From contig OX597816.1 in the NCBI GenBank assembly GCA_951406725.2, positions 140,678,001-140,742,000 on the forward strand: DNA of 64,000 nucleotides, read 5' to 3'. This document shows positions 63,142 through 64,000 of the stretch, in pieces. Each line of letters starts with the position of its first letter. The first letter of the stretch is position 1. The notes beneath the pieces are model-generated. The model made no database searches. It saw nothing but the letters and a program-made list of their open reading frames with translations, and was not told the origin of the DNA. Source of the DNA: Octopus vulgaris (lineage: Eukaryota). The position numbers were made by a program, and so were the translations under genes.

Positions 63142-63999
63142 TTAATGGCAAACAAGATTTACGTCTTTTAATTGTTTATAAATAATTTTCATTTTTCTTG
63201 GCACCACATGATGTCCACTTATTATGTTTTTGTAGGCACAGCCAGTGTGTTGTCGGTTATGGATTGTAAACATGTTACTGTTTATTCTTGTTGCATTCAC
63301 TCGGTTTGCAAGCATCCCTGTTATATAAACATCTTCAAGCCAGAAGCGCTTTCCATTAAATGATTCTGCATATAATTCTGGTACTATGTCACCTGAAATT
63401 AGATAAGCAGTCCCAGACATATAATCAGGAAACTCATTCTTTTGATATTTTGACATGGGTGTGTACCATTTTGATGAACTATCTCTGATTGGTACAACAT
63501 GTTGAAAAAGTAAACCCATGATAAACCGAGAACGTTTCATGGTCATAAGTGTTTTCTCTAACAATGGAAGATTTATATACATATCATCATCTGTTTTCAA
63601 CACAAATTTTACTTTACTACATGAAGAACTCACCCAACGCAGATAAGCAATTGACTTTAAAGACAAGTTTCCATAATGATCAATATAGTTCTCTTGTACA
63701 ATATCACCATATTTTACACTTTCTTCATGAATATCATCTTGAACACCAGGACTATGTGTAACACCTTCAAAAAAAACCATCTTAAAGTTTGAATTGTTCC
63801 TAGCATATTGACCCCAAGTCTCTCGTATGGTATTTCGACGCAGTATATTTATTGGGGCTGAACACACAGCAACAAGGATCTGAACGGAGTCAGAACAATT
63901 ATTTGTCAAATGAATATATGAGAAATGATATGATTGTTGGTTTATGATGAAACCATTTGAAAATGGAAGAAATCGTAACCTCCCTGAAAGTATATTCAT
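63142..63999 (-). CDS. Beta-1,3-galactosyltransferase-like protein (GT31), copy 2; 5' end probably outside window
   Basis: Same GT31 motifs as copy 1; 18 aa differences over the last 265 codons; no TM anchor within the window. Confidence 0.9.
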   Translation of the reverse strand: MNILSGRLRFLPFSNGFIINQQSYHFSYIHLTNNCSDSVQILVAVCSAPINILRRNTIRETWGQYARNNSNFKMVFFEGVTHSPGVQDDIHEESVKYGDIVQENYIDHYGNLSLKSIAYLRWVSSSCSKVKFVLKTDDDMYINLPLLEKTLMTMKRSRFIMGLLFQHVVPIRDSSSKWYTPMSKYQKNEFPDYMSGTAYLISGDIVPELYAESFNGKRFWLEDVYITGMLANRVNATRINSNMFTIHNRQHTGCAYKNIISGHHVVPRKMKIIYKQLKDVNLVCH

Positions 64000-64000
64000 G

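Larger units (their letters stand above)
60070..63939. repeat. Right arm of inverted segmental duplication
   Basis: See left arm 5244..9050. Confidence 0.9.

Overview
AT-rich, repeat-dense animal genomic DNA. The SINE/LINE families and microsatellite load suggest an octopus (inference). The core is a head-to-head gene pair: an intronless 1199-aa TANGO6 CDS (14235..17834, -) and a 19-exon cactin gene that I reconstructed by hand from GT-AG junctions (18256..61119, +, 709 aa). This block is bracketed by an inverted segmental duplication (about 5244..9050 vs about 60070..63939). Each arm carries a GT31 beta-1,3-galactosyltransferase-like gene, and the left arm also carries a dead copy of the last cactin exon. 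The two catalytic domains are about 97% identical by hand count while the flanks are far more diverged, which points to gene conversion or inversion. Introns and intergenic DNA hold Penelope-like elements with hammerhead ribozymes, Tc1/mariner, hAT, piggyBac-like, Helentron-like, RTE, CR1, R4/Dong and Gypsy relics, and many tRNA-SINEs. The most unusual element is a 365-bp insertion with a 14-bp TSD (52253..52617). It joins a tRNA-like Pol III head to a minimal hammerhead ribozyme in Penelope-type inverted architecture. Most short ORFs in the supplied track are microsatellite or antisense artefacts. TE boundaries are approximate unless a TSD is given.
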